This document shows positions 19,792 through 29,700 of a stretch of DNA of 64,000 bases, piece after piece. This DNA comes from Vulcanimicrobiota bacterium. Lineage in GTDB: Bacteria; Vulcanimicrobiota; Xenobia; Xenobiales; JADMJV01. The DNA lies in NCBI GenBank assembly GCA_050250895.1, contig JBFWNU010000004.1, forward strand, positions 302,934-366,933, given 5' to 3'. A program made the position numbers and the translations under genes. Each line of letters begins with the position of its first letter. Positions within the stretch are counted from its first letter, which is position 1. The notes beneath the pieces were generated by a model. That model did not search any database. It saw nothing but the letters and a program-made list of their open reading frames with translations, and was not told the DNA's origin.

Positions 19792-20562
19792 ATGCTCATC
19801 TCCCCAGGCCAACCGAACGGAGCCGTTCGCTCCGGTCGCGATCTGGCTGATAAGATAAAACAGCGGTCGACGCTCGTGGGTCTGGTCGAACCGGCCGGCA
19901 TGGTGCTCGGCGCGGCTACCCAACCCCTCGAGACCCTGGCCACCTTTGGCGATATCGCCAGCTCGGTCATCCACGGCGACTTTGGCGAGGCCGGCTCTCA
20001 TCTCACCGGATTTGTCGACGACGTGCTGCGCCCCGAGGGCATCGGTGGCATCGTCTATAAGAGCGGACTGGGCCTGACGGCAGCGGTCAACACGGCCGTG
20101 GGCGGGCTGGAGCTGTATGAGGGGCTCAAGAACCAGGATAAGTATCTGGCCTTGATGGGTGGAGCCGATCTACTGGGTGCGGTCTCGAACGTCGCTCTCA
20201 TGGCCGGAGCCCCGGTTCCGGCCATGGGCATCAACATCGTCTCTCAGGCCGGCAAGGTTTTCCTGGTCTTGAAGAACCAGAGTGAATTCAGCCGCATTCA
20301 AAAGGCCAAGACACTCTTTGACGCGGCCGGCACCGTCTCGAGTTCGCTGCTGCGCACGGGCCTGGCCACCGGGCCCGCGCTGGTGGGCAACGCCGTCTTT
20401 GGCGTGGGGCAAATCCTGTATATGAACCACGAGGGATTCCGCACCAGGGTCGACCATCTCCTCGACAAGATCCTGCACAAAGACGGCAACACCCAGTTAA
20501 CCAAAAAGCAACATCCCCTCGCCGAGAAAGACCCCTCTGCCTCCTTCCAGGCCCTAGACTAA
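19792..20562 (+). CDS. hypothetical membrane-associated protein
   Basis: 256-aa ORF with Gly/Ala-rich hydrophobic helices. Confidence 0.7.
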   Translation: MLISPGQPNGAVRSGRDLADKIKQRSTLVGLVEPAGMVLGAATQPLETLATFGDIASSVIHGDFGEAGSHLTGFVDDVLRPEGIGGIVYKSGLGLTAAVNTAVGGLELYEGLKNQDKYLALMGGADLLGAVSNVALMAGAPVPAMGINIVSQAGKVFLVLKNQSEFSRIQKAKTLFDAAGTVSSSLLRTGLATGPALVGNAVFGVGQILYMNHEGFRTRVDHLLDKILHKDGNTQLTKKQHPLAEKDPSASFQALD

Positions 20563-20607
20563 CACTATCGACTTTCGCCAAGGTCGGTAGTAAGCAGGAG
20601 GTTCGCC

Positions 20608-20811
20608 ATGGCTTTTCACTTCCGTGGGGCTCGGGACATGTTCACGCCACGCAACCAGACCACCACCTTCGAGGTGGCAGCACACTCGGTCTGCCGAGGG
20701 AAATCCCAACCCGATGACCCGGACAACATCGCCCGCGCCTGCCGCCGCGCCGCCAAGGCGCTGTGCAAGCTGATCACACTGGTGGAAGAGCCGAGCAAGC
20801 TAGCCAGCTAA
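20608..20811 (+). CDS. small hypothetical protein
   Basis: AGGAGG SD, 67 aa, typical codon usage. Confidence 0.55.
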   Translation: MAFHFRGARDMFTPRNQTTTFEVAAHSVCRGKSQPDDPDNIARACRRAAKALCKLITLVEEPSKLAS

Positions 20812-20829
20812 TTACGCGCGCGCTCTCGG

Positions 20830-21558
20830 TGAAAACCGCCGAGACGCCAAGACGCCGAGTGGGGTGGTGCGTCTTGAAGGGTGCCGCTCGAAAATGGGAC
20901 ACCGCGGGGCTCCGCGGGGGGCGCGGGGGGCGCGGGGAGGGCCGTGCATCTGGAAGGGTTGGCTCTCGACGGGATTTTTTTGGGATTGGCCGCCCGAACC
21001 TCGGAGGTCAGCCCCCCATCGAACGAGCGCTCACCTGGTCGCCTCTGGCTCCTCCACCCCAGTCTCTTAACCCTTCCAAAACGGGCCACTGACCTCCAGA
21101 GACACCGCCCCTGAAGCCTCGGCCACACCTTCGCGAACTCTGCGTCCTCCGCGGTTTTTACATCGAGCGAGCGCCGACGTTGAAACCGCCGAGATACGCC
21201 CAGACGCCGAGGGGGGTGGTGCGTCTCGAAGGGTGGCCGCTCGAAATGGGAAACCGCGGGGCTCCGCGGGGGGCGCGGGGAGGGCCGTGCATCTGGAAGG
21301 GTTGGCTCTCGACCGGATTTTTTTTGGGATTGGCCGCCCGAACCTCGGAGGTCAGCCCCCCATCGAACGAGCGCTCACCTGGTCGCCTCTGGCTCCTCCA
21401 CCCCAGTCTCTTAACCCTTCCAAAACGGGCCACTGACCTCCAGAGACACCGCCCCTGAAGCCTCGGCCACACCTTCGCGAACTCTGCGTCCTCCGCGGTT
21501 TTTACATCGAGCGAGCGCCGACGTTGAAACCGCCGAGATACGCCAAGACGCCGAGGGG
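20830..21558. repeat. ~344-350-bp tandem direct repeat (2 full copies plus a partial third)
   Basis: 20830-21180 and 21181-21524 are near-identical. A third copy begins TGAAACCGCCGAGATACGCC at 21525. Confidence 0.95.
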
Positions 21559-21598
21559 TATCGAGCCAGCCTCAGCCACCTCAAACCCCTTTCGCTGC

Positions 21599-21960
21599 CT
21601 CGCCGCCGGTCTTCCGCACGGAAGTAGCGTCTTCCAGCTGGAAGTGACTGGCCCGGCGAGTACGGCACCACCAGGTGCCGAATTCGGCGCTACCCAGCGC
21701 CGTACGCCGAATTCAACCCGCCAAACCTGGCCAACGCCGCTGCACCGCGCCACTAGTTGCCGAATCGCCGCCCTCGCTGGGGCGGTGAGGCCTGTGACCC
21801 GTCTCGACCCGGCTCGCCGCCGGTCTTCCGCACGGAAGTAGCGTCTTCCAACTGGAGGTGACTGGCCCGGCGAGTACGGCACCACCAGGTGCCGAATGCG
21901 GCGCTACCCAGCGCCGTACTCCGGGCCCAACCCGCCAAACCTGGCCAAGCCGCTACCCGG
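21599..21960. repeat. ~145-bp palindrome-rich direct repeat, two copies 214 bp apart
   Basis: CTCGCCGCCGGTCTTCCGCACGGAAGTAGCGTCTTCCA...GTACGGCACCACCAGGTGCCGAAT at 21599 and 21813. Confidence 0.9.
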
Positions 21961-22097
21961 CGCCACGTGCGAAAACGCGGCAAGAAAGCCACTGGCTATC
22001 AGCCGCAGCCACTACCCCCTCGGCGGCCTCCGCGTAAACTCCGCAGATCTCTGCGTTAAAAATTCAGCTAGCGCCAACGCCACGAGAGCGGGCCCGC

Positions 22098-22859
22098 CTA
22101 GTAGTCGATGCTGATTTCGCCCTCGTCGCCGAAGACGCCACGGAAGACGATCTTGACTTCGTCATCGCGCAGGGCCCAGTCCATGAAGCGAACACGGCCG
22201 TAGCTTTCTTCGCCGGGCTGGAGCGGTCGCTCGAGGGTGGAAGTGACGGAGCTGGCCGCGACCGGATAGTTTTCGTCAGACATCAAGAAGATGTAAGAGC
22301 GGGCGTTGCTGACGTTGATGGGCTGCCAGCCGATGTTGCGCAGGCGCAGCTCGATGGCTCCCTCGTCGATATTGCGCTGGCGATAGCGGGCCAGCAGGGT
22401 CTCGAAATCTTGACCGTCGCGCAGCGATTGCCAGCGAGCGTAGGACTCGGTGAGCTTGTCGTCCCAGAGAGTGGCCTGAACGGCCAGTTTGGGAAACTGC
22501 TGCTTCTGCTTCTGGCGCGCTTCATACTGCATGTACTGGCCGGCGGCCATCTGACCAAGCCCGAGGGCGAACTGGGTGTTGTAGTAGCCGCTGGGATAGC
22601 CGGTGAATTGGGCGAAATCGCTGTAGGCGTTGTGCCACTGCACCATGTTGTAGACGTTGGCAGCGGTCTGGGTGCCCTGAACCAGGGGGTTGCTGTAGGG
22701 ATTGGCGGATTGAGCGGCCGAAAAACCGTCGAACTCGCATGAGCCGGTGCGGTTCTTGAGCAAACGCTCATAATCGCGACGAGCCGTCTCGAGACTCTGG
22801 TCGGCGACGGCTCCCCCCGTGAGAACACAGAACAAAACAAAAATACTTAGATATCGCAC
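22098..22859 (-). CDS. secreted hypothetical protein
   Basis: Signal peptide (AVA-DQ). TAAAAT lies 6 nt before the GTG. Confidence 0.75.
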   Translation of the reverse strand: MRYLSIFVLFCVLTGGAVADQSLETARRDYERLLKNRTGSCEFDGFSAAQSANPYSNPLVQGTQTAANVYNMVQWHNAYSDFAQFTGYPSGYYNTQFALGLGQMAAGQYMQYEARQKQKQQFPKLAVQATLWDDKLTESYARWQSLRDGQDFETLLARYRQRNIDEGAIELRLRNIGWQPINVSNARSYIFLMSDENYPVAASSVTSTLERPLQPGEESYGRVRFMDWALRDDEVKIVFRGVFGDEGEISIDY

Positions 22860-22946
22860 GTCTCTATTTTAGCCGCAAGAGGGGGTAGAGTGCGACTAAA
22901 GAGTTGTTAAAAGAAGCCCGGTTCTTTAAAGGTTCGTTAAAGATTG

Positions 22947-23867
22947 TCAGGGATCCAGGCGCAGGATGGTGTCGAACTCGCCGCCGGCGAAGAGGCGCCC
23001 GTCGAAGCTGGTGAAGCTAGTGATCCCCGCGGCCGGGATGGCTTCCCCCGCGCGAATGAGCCGGACCTCCGTCCAGTTCTGGCCACCATCGAGGCTGCGA
23101 TAGGCGGCCGTGGGGGTAGCCGCCACCAGCGTCGACCCTTCGGCCCAGATGGCATTGACTCGAGCATAGCCGTTCCAGGCAGGCAGCATCTGCCATTTCC
23201 CGTCGCGACAGTCGACCCGCCCGACCCCGTGACTGAAAGTGGCCACATAGGCGAACCCGTCGGGAGTCACCCACAGGTCGTTGAGTTGCTCGGGCGCCGG
23301 CGCCGTGGTCTCGAGCCACTGCTCGCCGCCGTTCGCCGAACAAAACAGGCGCCCGCCCCGAACCACCGCGGCCAGAAAAGCACCGCTACCCGAGACCACA
23401 TCGATGCGGGGTGCCTGAGGACTATCGCCCAGGCGCAGCTGTCCAATCTCGTCGAGGCTGCCATCCTTGAGGTGAAAAAGTCCCTCGCGGGTGGCTACCA
23501 GCAGTCCGTCTCCTCGACTCTCGACATCGCGCACCCAGCGACGCTCGAGACGATCGATATGGCGCCACTCGAGCCCCCTTTCGGATTCGAAGAGCCCTTT
23601 GCGACCGAAAGCTCCATAGAGCTTGTCGCCCTGGGCGGCCAGGCCAAAGACGCGGTCGTAAGGCAGGCGGCCGAGGGTTTGAAAGTGCTGGCCGTCTTGC
23701 GAGGCCAGCAGCGATTGCCCCGAGGTCACCAGCAGGCGTCCCTGACAGGTTCGAACCAGGCTGGTCGGTCCCTGGATGTCGACCACTTCACGAAAATAGG
23801 GTTGGGCTGTCGCCGGTAGCACCAACCACAGCATCAACGCAAGCCCCCACAGCCAATTCGTTCGCAT
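22947..23867 (-). CDS. secreted BNR/Asp-box beta-propeller protein
   Basis: Signal peptide from ATG 23867. SxDGGxxW-like repeats (SQDGQHF, SANGGEQW, SLDGGQNW). Confidence 0.8.
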   Translation of the reverse strand: MRTNWLWGLALMLWLVLPATAQPYFREVVDIQGPTSLVRTCQGRLLVTSGQSLLASQDGQHFQTLGRLPYDRVFGLAAQGDKLYGAFGRKGLFESERGLEWRHIDRLERRWVRDVESRGDGLLVATREGLFHLKDGSLDEIGQLRLGDSPQAPRIDVVSGSGAFLAAVVRGGRLFCSANGGEQWLETTAPAPEQLNDLWVTPDGFAYVATFSHGVGRVDCRDGKWQMLPAWNGYARVNAIWAEGSTLVAATPTAAYRSLDGGQNWTEVRLIRAGEAIPAAGITSFTSFDGRLFAGGEFDTILRLDP

Positions 23868-23943
23868 GCCCCAAAGGTTAGTGGTCGGGCCGGCAGGTCC
23901 TTTAGTCCCAAACCAGAACATCATTCTAGAAAGGAATTCTAAA

Positions 23944-24396
23944 ATGGATATTCTTACGACCTGGCAACGCTTTCAACCGCTACCTGGAGGACGCTGGTTG
24001 TTCAGCCGTGCTCTGGGAATAGTGGTCCCTTATGCCGGCACTATCCGCCCTCAGGTGCAGAGCATCCAGCCCGGCAAAGTGCGAGTTTCCATCAGCGACC
24101 GGTGGTCAGTCCGCAACCATCTCAAGTCGATCCACGCCCTGGCCCTGGTCACTCTGGGCGAGCTGGCCGTCAATCTGGCTCTGATGACGGTGATGCCCAA
24201 GAACGGTCGCTTCATCGTGACCGGCCTCGAGGCCGAGTATCTCAAGAAGGCCCGTGGCAACATCTCGGTCGAAGCCGAGCTCGACTCGCCCGACTGGACC
24301 GTCGATGGGCCTTTCCAGGCCGAGTGCCTGCTGCGCGACCAGTCGCAAGACCCGGTGGCCCGCGTGCTGGTGCGCTGGAAGGTCGGCCCCCGATGA
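23944..24396 (+). CDS. hotdog-fold protein (DUF4442/PaaI thioesterase-like)
   Basis: RNHLKSIHALAL..LGE and EYLKKARG motifs. SD AAAGGA. Confidence 0.85.
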   Translation: MDILTTWQRFQPLPGGRWLFSRALGIVVPYAGTIRPQVQSIQPGKVRVSISDRWSVRNHLKSIHALALVTLGELAVNLALMTVMPKNGRFIVTGLEAEYLKKARGNISVEAELDSPDWTVDGPFQAECLLRDQSQDPVARVLVRWKVGPR

Positions 24397-24992
24397 CCCC
24401 GAGAGAGTGGCGTTCGAGCGGGCGCCGCCGCCGCGAGATCCTCGAGGCGGCGGCCCGGCTCTACCTTCGAGAGGGCGAAGAGCAGCTGACCATCGGCCGG
24501 CTGGCTCAAGAGTCCGAGGCCAGTGTGGGCAGTATCTATCACCACTTCAAGAACAAGGAGCACTTGCTGGGCGGGCTGGTGCGAGAGATTCTCAAGGGCT
24601 ACCGAGATCAGCTGGTCCAGCAGTTGGAGCAGGTGCATGGCGCCGAGGCGATGGTCAAGACGGTGGTTCGCCACCACCTGCTCTGGGTCGATGCCAATCG
24701 CAATCTGGCTCGACTCCTCCACCAGGCCCGCAAGACTCCCCCGGTGACGGCGGGCGATTCTGACCTGCGCCGCTCGACGGGGCAATTTCTGAAAGGCCTT
24801 AAGGAGCGCTTCCTGCCCTACATTCAGGCTGGCCAGGTGATGCGGGCTCCCCTGCCTGTCTTTCAGGCCATCCTGATCGGTCCGGCTCATGAGTTGGCCC
24901 GCAATGTCCTGAGCGGACGATGCCCCGACGTGGATCTGGTTGGGGCTGCCGACATTCTGGCCGAAGCTGCCTGGAAGGCGGTCAAGTTGTGA
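24393..24992 (+). CDS. TetR/AcrR family transcriptional regulator
   Basis: ILEAAARL...SVGSIYHHFKNKEHL HTH. ATGA overlap with the upstream gene. Confidence 0.9.
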   Translation: MTPREWRSSGRRRREILEAAARLYLREGEEQLTIGRLAQESEASVGSIYHHFKNKEHLLGGLVREILKGYRDQLVQQLEQVHGAEAMVKTVVRHHLLWVDANRNLARLLHQARKTPPVTAGDSDLRRSTGQFLKGLKERFLPYIQAGQVMRAPLPVFQAILIGPAHELARNVLSGRCPDVDLVGAADILAEAAWKAVKL

Positions 24993-25003
24993 ACTGGGTC
25001 ACA
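24988..25003. promoter_or_regulatory. CRP/FNR-family-like operator
   Basis: Perfect TGTGA-N6-TCACA upstream of TAGACT (25042-25047) and the gene at 25069. Confidence 0.55.
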
Positions 25004-25068
25004 TTGTGATCTATTACCTAACAGTATAGATGTCACGCTGCTAGACTAGTTCCATTGGAGGAAGCACC

Positions 25069-25485
25069 ATGGACTACGCAGGAATGAGACTAGCTGCCAG
25101 CGCCGACATTCAATCCGCCCAGGCCGTGACTGGCGAGCGCAAGATGACTCTACTCGACTCCGACTTGCCCAGGACCGTCCCCAGCGGCGCCCAGGTCCGC
25201 GTAACTCCCACCAGCTTCATGAAACTCCGACCTGGCGAGTATGTCCTGGTCCGCGGTGGCTCTGGCATCGCCGTCCGCCGCTACGTCCACGCTTGCGTCA
25301 CCAAAGAGAGCACCCGCCTGATGATGGCAACCGAGAGCGCCACCGAGATGGTCGGAGTCGGGTCGCTACTGGGCCGGGTCGCCGAGGTCTCGCACCAGGG
25401 CCAAAGCTACGATCCCAACCCCAATTCCTGGCTGAGCGCGATGGCCAACCGCCTGACCCACTGCGGCACCCGCCGGTTTTTCTAA
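25069..25485 (+). CDS. S24/S26 peptidase-like fold protein, catalytic residues apparently absent
   Basis: GGAGG SD. DSDLPRTVPSGAQVRV...LRPGEYVL...AVRRYV...LLGRV parallels GxSMxP...GDIV...VHR. Confidence 0.5.
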   Translation: MDYAGMRLAASADIQSAQAVTGERKMTLLDSDLPRTVPSGAQVRVTPTSFMKLRPGEYVLVRGGSGIAVRRYVHACVTKESTRLMMATESATEMVGVGSLLGRVAEVSHQGQSYDPNPNSWLSAMANRLTHCGTRRFF

Positions 25486-25644
25486 GGGTGCCTGACCTGA
25501 CCCGCGCCGGCTACCGCGCCGGGTCAAGGCCTCGGCGGCGCGGGTTGGCTGGTGGGCGGCGCACAACCTGACCCGCGGTCGCTGCCCGCTGCCCGCCGGC
25601 CTGGACCAAGGCCTCGGCGGCGCGGCTTGGCGGCGAATTCCTGA

Positions 25645-25666
25645 GCGACTTCCGCACGGAAGTCGC
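25645..25666. repeat. REP-like palindrome CTTCCGCACGGAAG
   Basis: GCGACTTCCGCACGGAAGTCGC. The same core occurs at 21611, 21825 and 42070. Confidence 0.75.
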
Positions 25667-25700
25667 GGCTTCGGCGGGTTTGGTCACTTCCCGACAGGCC

Positions 25701-26849
25701 CTAGCGTCCGGTGACGATATGAGGGCCCGCCTGGTCCCAACGGACGGGGTAGGGCTCTGACAAGGTATAGGCCTTCTCGAGCACGTCCACCACGGGACCC
25801 GTCAGGCCACCAACGGCCGCGCCGCCCACCCGGGCCGCCATCAGCTGAGCCTGGTCCACCTTCACCCGCCGGTCCGACATAAACCAGCCGATGGCCTGAT
25901 ACTCCCCCGGGTTGGCCTGATCGGGCACGAAGCGGACGGCGAACATGTTCGAGTCGTTGCCGGCCACCACCGCGTCGCCCTTGAGGGGTTCGAACGGTCC
26001 GGTGGGACAGTCCGAGACAAATCCGTGGAGTCCAGTCTGTTGGCTGCCCACGTGGGCCTCCCACTCGGGCGAATAGTTCTCGCCTTTGGTAGTGAAAAAT
26101 AGATACCACTTGCCATCGCGCTCGAGCACCTGGGGGCACTCCATCTCGGCGAAATTGCCGGGAGCCAGCACGGGAGCCTGTTGCTCGTAAGGGCCCTCGA
26201 GACGGTCGGCGGTGGCCACACCGATACAGCCGCGATAGCGAGGGTGTCCGTCTTTGGTCTTGGCGGTGAAATACATCAGATACTTGCCGCTGTTAGGATC
26301 CTTCACCACGTATGGGTCACGGAAGGCGCGAAAAACCGGACTGGGTTCGTCGGTCTCATACCAACGCGAGTCGGCTTCGAGCAACGGCTTTTCGGCCCGA
26401 GTCCAGTTGTGGCCGTCTGCTGATGTGGCCAGCCCGATGCGCTGGGTCTGACCGTCGCGCTGGTTGCGCCCGGTGTAGAATGTGTAGTAGCGGTCGCCTT
26501 CACGATAGCTGCTGCCTGTCCAGATGGGGCCGTCATCCCAGGCGCCGGCCGGGCCGCTCTCGATGGCGTAGCCAGTATCGACCCAGCTCTTGAGATCATC
26601 CGAGACAGCGGTGCGAATCTGGGCCCTTCCGTGGCGAGTTTCGGGGTCGGCGTCAAGCGGCGCATCGAGGTGGAACAGGCGATACTTGCCCTGGTCGGCC
26701 AGCACCCAGCTGTCCCAGAGAAAGCGTTCGGGGGGCGCGTACCCTTCGGTACTCGAGGGCACGAATTCGTCGCGCGGCAAATCAGAATTGGCTGACGAAG
26801 CTGCAGACCTCGTCGCGATTGGCGTGTGAGAGAGCGGACCGATGATCAT
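25701..26849 (-). CDS. glycoside hydrolase clan GH-J (GH32/GH68) beta-fructosidase-like
   Basis: WDSW, WTGS, FRDP and EMECP catalytic motifs. Confidence 0.88.
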   Translation of the reverse strand: MIIGPLSHTPIATRSAASSANSDLPRDEFVPSSTEGYAPPERFLWDSWVLADQGKYRLFHLDAPLDADPETRHGRAQIRTAVSDDLKSWVDTGYAIESGPAGAWDDGPIWTGSSYREGDRYYTFYTGRNQRDGQTQRIGLATSADGHNWTRAEKPLLEADSRWYETDEPSPVFRAFRDPYVVKDPNSGKYLMYFTAKTKDGHPRYRGCIGVATADRLEGPYEQQAPVLAPGNFAEMECPQVLERDGKWYLFFTTKGENYSPEWEAHVGSQQTGLHGFVSDCPTGPFEPLKGDAVVAGNDSNMFAVRFVPDQANPGEYQAIGWFMSDRRVKVDQAQLMAARVGGAAVGGLTGPVVDVLEKAYTLSEPYPVRWDQAGPHIVTGR

Positions 26850-27103
26850 AGCCCCTCTAGCCTAATGGAAGACACTCAACATTTTCTGAAACGCCCGCGA
26901 TTTTCACGGTGTGAAGGGTTCACCCCGAGAATTGGCCAGTCCAATATGAAAACACAAGACGGTGTCCAGAAAACTGATATCCAGACCACCGAGAAGGAAG
27001 AGATAGAGTATTTAACATTACAGAAACAATCCAGAAACAAACAATTTCTAAAATCGAGATAGAAGCTCTGCACGCACACACCAGACGGAGGTAGACAAAT
27101 AAC

Positions 27104-27730
27104 ATGTGTTACGCACCCAACCCCACTTGCTTTCCTCGACCCTGGAATCCCGGGCCCTGGAACCCGGGCCCGTGGCGCCCCCCTCACCCCGGCGGACGTC
27201 CCACTCAAAACCTGCCCGACACCAACGTCGGCTGGCGACCACACGGCTGCTGGGGCGGCCACAACGTCAAAGGCTACGGCCTCGACCTCGACGGTGATGG
27301 CCGCTTCACCCGCGGCAAAGACGGCGTCCTGGCCTTCGACTTCAACCACGACGGCAAGCTCAGCGACGCTGAACTCGAGCGCTCCAACAACATGCTCAAA
27401 GCCTACGGTGGAGACTATGACACCAATGGCGACGGCAAGGTCAGCTGGGTCGAGCGCCTGGTCGGCCAGCGCAACGCCGCCGATGTGCGCCGGATGGACA
27501 AAGACGGCGACGGCCGCCTGAGCAGTGGTGAGCTCCATCAGGCCGGCGGTCAGGTCTGGGTCGACCGGGACCGCGACGGCCGAGTCGACCGCGGCGAGAA
27601 TCACAGCGTCTATGACCTGCCCGGCGGTTGGGGCGGCCGACGACTGAACTTCGTCGACCCCCACTGCAACACGTCCCAAACCAGCCCCAATTGGTTCCGG
27701 CCGCCCTTCTTAAGAGGCCGCTTCTGGTAA
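27104..27730 (+). CDS. EF-hand-like calcium-binding repeat protein
   Basis: Five DxDxDG-type loops (DLDGDG, DFNHDG, DTNGDG, DKDGDG, DRDRDG). GGAGG SD. Pro/Trp-rich N-terminus. Confidence 0.8.
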   Translation: MCYAPNPTCFPRPWNPGPWNPGPWRPPHPGGRPTQNLPDTNVGWRPHGCWGGHNVKGYGLDLDGDGRFTRGKDGVLAFDFNHDGKLSDAELERSNNMLKAYGGDYDTNGDGKVSWVERLVGQRNAADVRRMDKDGDGRLSSGELHQAGGQVWVDRDRDGRVDRGENHSVYDLPGGWGGRRLNFVDPHCNTSQTSPNWFRPPFLRGRFW

Positions 27731-27736
27731 GCCGCC

Positions 27737-27761
27737 AGGCCCCTCCCCGGAGGGGCCTTTT
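27737..27761 (+). terminator. intrinsic terminator
   Basis: AGGCCCCTCC-CC-GGAGGGGCCT-TTT directly after the stop codon. Confidence 0.7.
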
Positions 27762-27763
27762 CG

Positions 27764-28996
27764 GTGGCTGCGAAGAAACCGCTGATGATCGCCCTTCACC
27801 CCGTCCTGGTAGCCATGGCCGACGCCCTTCTGACCGAAGAAGAGCTAGACGAGGCCTCGGAGGCGCTGGGCGCGTTCGTGACCGACAGCCGGCGCGCCCT
27901 GGAAGAACAGACCGACTTCTTCGTGAGCGACGAGGAACGAGGATTGGCCGAGAACCTCGACTATCTTCTCGCTCAATTCGAGCGACAATGGCCGGGCGGC
28001 TTCGACGGAGCCCTTCAGTTCACGAGCCTGGCCATGGAACTGAGCAGGGCGCTGCACCAGTTTCGCCTGGGCCGCTTGCGCACTTACTTCGTCGAGATTC
28101 CGGCCCTCGACTTGCTGTTGGTGGCGCTGGTGGCCCATCTGCAAGGGCGGGGTCAGCTGCAGGCCGCTACCCGCCGCTTGAGCGGAGCCGCGCAAGCCGT
28201 GGGAAATCTGGCTCGCGACTACACCGGCCTGCGCTCAGGGCTGCCTGACGAATTGGTCGAGGCGCTCGACGGGGCTTTCGCCATGGTCTACCAGGGTCTG
28301 GAAGCCATCGAGCAGGACCGCCTGCGCGAAGCGGCGCGGTTGGTGCGCGACGGGGGCACGCTGCTGTCGAACCTGGTTCAGTGGCGGCGCCAGGCCCTGG
28401 CCGAATTTCGCTCGGCGGTTCCCATCCTGGGGGTGGAATTGGCTCGTCTGCGGCGGCGCTTCGACCCCGACCTGGCCGAAGAAGTGTTGGAGCGCAGCCA
28501 CGAACTGCTGGACTGGTGGAACGACGCCAGCCAGGCCCTGCTGGTGCCCCTCGAGAGCCACGACGATTGCGTGGAGGCGGTGGAGCAAGCCCTGACCGCC
28601 CTGCTCGAAGCCGAGGAAGAGGACCAATTGCTCGAGGCGGCCGAACAGCTCGAAGCGGCCTTCGGCTGGCTCGAGCGAGAGGCCCTGGACCTGCACCCTC
28701 TGGTGGGCACCTCCAGGGAAGACTCGGCCCGATTGTTGAGCCTGGCCTATCGCGGCGAAACCAGCCGGGCCCTGTTGATGGCGGCGGGAGAAGGCGACCC
28801 CTACATGACCGCCTTTCTCGATAGCGGCGATCGGGGACACTTGCTGATGGGGCTGCAGGACCTGCTCAAGCAAGTTGCCCAGGCCAGTGAGCGGGGACCG
28901 TCCTATTGCACTGTCTGCGGTCTGATCAACGAGGCCGAGAACACCCTCTGCGCCCACTGCCAGCACCCGTTGAGCGCGCTCGAGGTCAACGCCTGA
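27764..28996 (+). CDS. helical hypothetical protein with C-terminal zinc ribbon
   Basis: Long acidic helical ORF ending CTVC-x10-CAHC. Start uncertain. Confidence 0.7.
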   Translation: MAAKKPLMIALHPVLVAMADALLTEEELDEASEALGAFVTDSRRALEEQTDFFVSDEERGLAENLDYLLAQFERQWPGGFDGALQFTSLAMELSRALHQFRLGRLRTYFVEIPALDLLLVALVAHLQGRGQLQAATRRLSGAAQAVGNLARDYTGLRSGLPDELVEALDGAFAMVYQGLEAIEQDRLREAARLVRDGGTLLSNLVQWRRQALAEFRSAVPILGVELARLRRRFDPDLAEEVLERSHELLDWWNDASQALLVPLESHDDCVEAVEQALTALLEAEEEDQLLEAAEQLEAAFGWLEREALDLHPLVGTSREDSARLLSLAYRGETSRALLMAAGEGDPYMTAFLDSGDRGHLLMGLQDLLKQVAQASERGPSYCTVCGLINEAENTLCAHCQHPLSALEVNA

Positions 28997-29645
28997 GACG
29001 AGCCAGGAAGATGGTGTGGGTGATTTGGCGCGCCCGCCCCCAGACCTTGGCGGCTACCGTCTGGCATTGAAACCCGGCCAGTCGCAAGCGCAGCTCGAAG
29101 GCCCGATCGGGCCCCAGCGACCACACTGCCAAGCAACCCTCGCGTCGCAGGGCCCGCCCGATGGCAGCCAGCCCGTTGGGGCCGTAGAGATAGCCGTTGG
29201 CCTCGCGCACGAAGGGCTCGGGACCGTTGTCGACATCGAGAATCACAGCGTCCCAGGGTCCCTGAGCCAGGTGACGGCCCACATCGCCGACCCGCACCTC
29301 GACCCGAGGATCGTCGAGCGGTCGACCGGCCAGCTCAGCCAGTTGGCGGCGGTTCCACCGCACCACTTCAGGCACCAACTCGGATACTACCACTTTGGCG
29401 CGGGCTCCCAGGCGGTCGAGGGCGGCCCGTAACGTAAATCCCATGCCCAACCCCCCCACCAGCACCCGGGCCTGTTCTGGCAGCTGGGCGCAAGCCACCC
29501 GTGCGAGTTCTTCTTCCGACCCGGGTCGGCGGCTCGACATCAACTCGAGCCCATCGGCCCGGATGGCGAACTCCTGACCGCGCCGATAGAGCACCAGCGT
29601 GCTGCCCGCAGGAACCTCGGCGCGGTCTATTTCTCGCCAGTCCAT
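28986..29645 (-). CDS. spermidine synthase-like SAM-dependent methyltransferase
   Basis: VLVGGLGMGFTL and ILDVDNGP motifs. Confidence 0.88.
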   Translation of the reverse strand: MDWREIDRAEVPAGSTLVLYRRGQEFAIRADGLELMSSRRPGSEEELARVACAQLPEQARVLVGGLGMGFTLRAALDRLGARAKVVVSELVPEVVRWNRRQLAELAGRPLDDPRVEVRVGDVGRHLAQGPWDAVILDVDNGPEPFVREANGYLYGPNGLAAIGRALRREGCLAVWSLGPDRAFELRLRLAGFQCQTVAAKVWGRARQITHTIFLARLRR

Positions 29646-29700
29646 CTGATAGGCTTAGGGACCCACTCCGAGCCCCTGCCATTTGTGCTATAATCGTCGG

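Noticed and set aside
20763-22114. Numerous short ORFs in the repeat block
   Set aside because: Frames differ between repeat copies because of indels. No SD or protein motifs.
26826-27062. 78-aa ORF in the AT-rich intergenic region
   Set aside because: Atypical codon usage, overlaps the divergent GH32 start, and is better explained as regulatory DNA.
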